The notes under the pieces were generated by a model. It was not told the DNA's origin. It made no database searches and saw only the letters and a program-made list of their open reading frames with translations. 64,000 nucleotides of DNA from Neocallimastix sp. 'constans' (taxonomy: Eukaryota), in contig JBODTK010000152.1 of NCBI GenBank assembly GCA_050613775.1, positions 62,001-126,000 on the forward strand, read 5' to 3'. The position numbers and the translations under genes were made by a program. Below are positions 61,372-64,000 of this stretch, piece after piece. Each line of letters begins with the position of its first letter. Position 1 is the first letter of the stretch.

Positions 61372-61701
61372 TATGAGTTTCGTTACAACCCGGTATTAGC
61401 CGGATATCAAAGGTTCGTTTACGATCAATTTTGTGCCACTGTTAACCATCCGGAGTAATGGTTCCTGGAGGAGGCAGTGTCAAGAACTGACGATATTTGT
61501 ACTGTGATTAAATTAATCCATTATTGGATTAATTAAATTTATAAAATTTAATGAAAAATTAATAATTTTAACTTAATATTTAATTATATAAGTGAATCAA
61601 TAGTAATTGTTTAAATAAATTTTAGTTTAGTTAATGAATAGTTGAATAAACAAATTAAAAAATCATTTAGCAGAATTAAAATATAATAATCTACTATATG
61701 C

Positions 61702-62470
61702 TGTAAAGATTTAATAAAATCTTTAAAAATTAATTATTACATAATTAATTAATGTAATAAAACTACATAAATTTATGATTTACGTATATGAAAATTAATT
61801 ATAAATTTATGTAAACTTTTCATAAAGGAAAAATTATTATTTAAATAATTTTGGATAATAACTTTAATCTAAATAATTTATTTAAGTTAGTTAATTTAGT
61901 TTAGTTTATTTAAAATAGTTATTCTATTTAACTTAGTTAATTTAGTTTAGTTAGTTTAAAATACTTTAAAATTAATTTCGGAATAGTTTTAAATAGTTAA
62001 AATTAATTTAAATAGTTTATAAAAATAGTTTTGAATTGTAAATATATAAACATTAGTATTAATAATATTTATATAATAAATATATAATAAATGAGTTGTT
62101 ATTGAATTTAATTATTATTGTAAATAAGTTGAAAGTTTATTGAATTAATTATTGTTTAGTTTAGTTAATTATTATTTAATAAAATTATTAATAAATATTT
62201 TGTTTATAAATAAATAGTAATATATGCAAATTAGATAGAAATAATATATATAATGTAATAATGAAAAAATATAAATACATGTAAATTTCTATAATTAAAT
62301 TGATGTATTAGTTATTGACTATATGATAGTTAATAACAAAAAAGCGATTTAATTTTTTTAATTAATAAAGATTATTTTATTTAAAAAGAACGAATTTTTA
62401 TTACGTGTTTTTTTTTATTTTGGTGTTAAAATTTGTTATTTGTAATCTGTTTCTGATAGAACGCTTTACA
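61702..62470 (+). mobile_element. Solo LTR (C-like) inserted in the 3' LTR of F
   Basis: tgtaaag...ctttaca; TSD tatgc (61697-61701 / 62471-62475). The empty site is visible in F's 5' LTR. Confidence 0.9.
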
Positions 62471-62786
62471 TATGCAATAAACTTTTAAATTTAATTTTAC
62501 TTTTAATAACTTCTAAATTTAGTGAAATTGTTAGTATAAAAAGAAGAAAACGAAAAAAATTGTTAAGCGATTAGCGTTAACAATTTTTGATAAAAAAACT
62601 TATAATCATTTTTATTTTTCCCGATTTATAAAATCGTAGTTGTATTTAATTATTTATGATAACTATTTATTTTAATAAAAAATAAATAAAATTAATTTTT
62701 TTAATTCCCTAAATTTCATTACTAAAAAATAAGTTTTAAGAAAAATTTAAACAAATATTAATTATTCTTTAATTTTTGACATATAA

Positions 62787-64000
62787 TATTTATAAATTAA
62801 TGAAAGGATTAAATGATGTAATCCAAAATAATAATTATATTAAAAAATTAATTAAAAATAACATACCTTTCAATATACATGAAGTAAACAAACAATATAA
62901 TAATAATAAATCCAATAATAACATTAAATTACTTTCCTATCAGAATAATCAAGATAATAATGATAAAATATTGAATAAATTTCAAAATAATCCTGATAAG
63001 TATGAACATCCAAATAATTCAAAGGTATATGATATAAGCCCAAATCATAATTCAAACATTAATCCTGTTAACAAAATTTCGTGTGAACTAAACAAAAAAA
63101 TTCCTGTAATTTTAATTGAAAACAATAATAATTCAAGTGAAAATCCTGAAAATCCTGAAATCCTGAATAATAAAGACCTAGATTTAAATAAAAATAATTC
63201 AAAAAATAAAAATGAAATTAAGTTGTTAGTAAAGAATAAAAAAAGTGAGGATTTAAATTTTAAAAAGAAAGAAGAAAATAATAAAACAAAAATTAAGATT
63301 TTAAAAAATAAAAAATATAAAATTACAAACGCTAAAAAAAAATTTTATTAATGAAAAATTTTCAATTATTGAAAAAAAATTAAATAAATTAAATAATTTT
63401 AATAAATTTAATTTTACCAAAAATAAAGTTATCCATAATAAGGATAAAAAATTTCATACAAAAAACTTTAATGAAAAATTTGATTAAAGCTAATACAAGC
63501 TGTAATAATAATGTCAATAATGATCAAAATAATGATCAAAAATTAATAATTAGAGTTAAAAGACCAGGTATGCCACTTGAAAACAATAAACATAAAGTTC
63601 AGAAAATGGAGAAAATATCCAACATCACAAATAATAATCCAAAAGACTATTATAAAGCTATTACTTGCGAAGAGAGTGAAGAATGGATTAAAGCTATATC
63701 TATCGAATTGCAAAATTTAAAAGAAAATAATACAATGACCATAGTATCAGAGCTACCAGAAGGAATTAAACCACTTAGTCCTAGATGGGTATTTACGAAG
63801 AAATATGATGGGAATAATAATTTAGAAAAATACAAAGCAAGAATAGTAGTAAAAGGATATAATCAAATTGAAGGAGTCGATTATGAATTAACTTTTTCTC
63901 CAACACTACCAGTAGAAAGTTTAAGATTAACAATAGCATTAGCTTCTTTATTTAATCGGAACATTCAACAATTAGATGTGAAAGACGCATATCTCAATGC
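62787..64000 (+). pseudogene. Ty1/copia host element, part 3: linker and start of reverse transcriptase (open from 63471 to the window edge)
   Basis: PKDYYKAI..WIKAISIELQNL..RWVFTKK..YKARIVVKGYNQIEGVDYELTFSP..QLDVKDAYLN is a copia RT. IN-before-RT order. Confidence 0.9.

Larger units (their letters stand above)
38275..61387 (-). mobile_element. Solo LTR G (A family), split into 38275-38836 and 61376-61387 by a 22.5-kb insertion stack
   Basis: TSD acccg (38270-38274 / 61388-61392). The rejoined minus strand tgtaacgaaactcataactagtaaatta.. aligns without gaps to the A LTR start and shares aagattcattttctag..gaaaactt and the TATA region. Confidence 0.9.
32613..62781 (+). mobile_element. Element F: degenerate chromovirus-type Ty3/gypsy retrotransposon hosting G and the stack
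   Basis: LTRs at 32613-33146 and 61478-62781 (the latter interrupted). TSD tataa (32608-32612 / 62782-62786). PPT ggaggaggcag. Confidence 0.92.

Overview
This is very AT-rich eukaryotic DNA. An anaerobic gut fungus (Neocallimastigomycota) is my inference from composition and TE content, not a database result. The left 6.5 kb holds one intronless minus-strand gene that the ORF track misses because it runs off the window (ATG 6450, at least 2150 codons). It encodes a signal peptide, a Cys-rich domain, KKRR, about 94 copies of a 17-aa repeat (NKEPIDDL[A/G]MFRNKGN[T/N]) and KKKR. A degenerate foldback element and a dead MULE follow. From about 11.5 kb to the end the window is one nest of LTR retrotransposons inside a decayed Ty1/copia element. 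Main observation: one chromovirus LTR family (copies A and G) carries a tRNA-gene-like A-box/B-box module about 29 nt inside the LTR. In solo LTR G, twelve separate LTR-element insertions (2 full-length Ty3/gypsy, 10 solo LTRs, about 22.5 kb) are stacked at one spot, 11-18 nt upstream of that pseudo-tRNA. The chain of 4-5 bp TSDs resolves only if each newcomer inserted next to the module and pushed older ones away, so the array is polarised and chronologically ordered. The homologous position in the 5' LTR of element A was hit independently, and A's 3' LTR shows the empty site. All coordinates were read by eye and may be off by a few nt.
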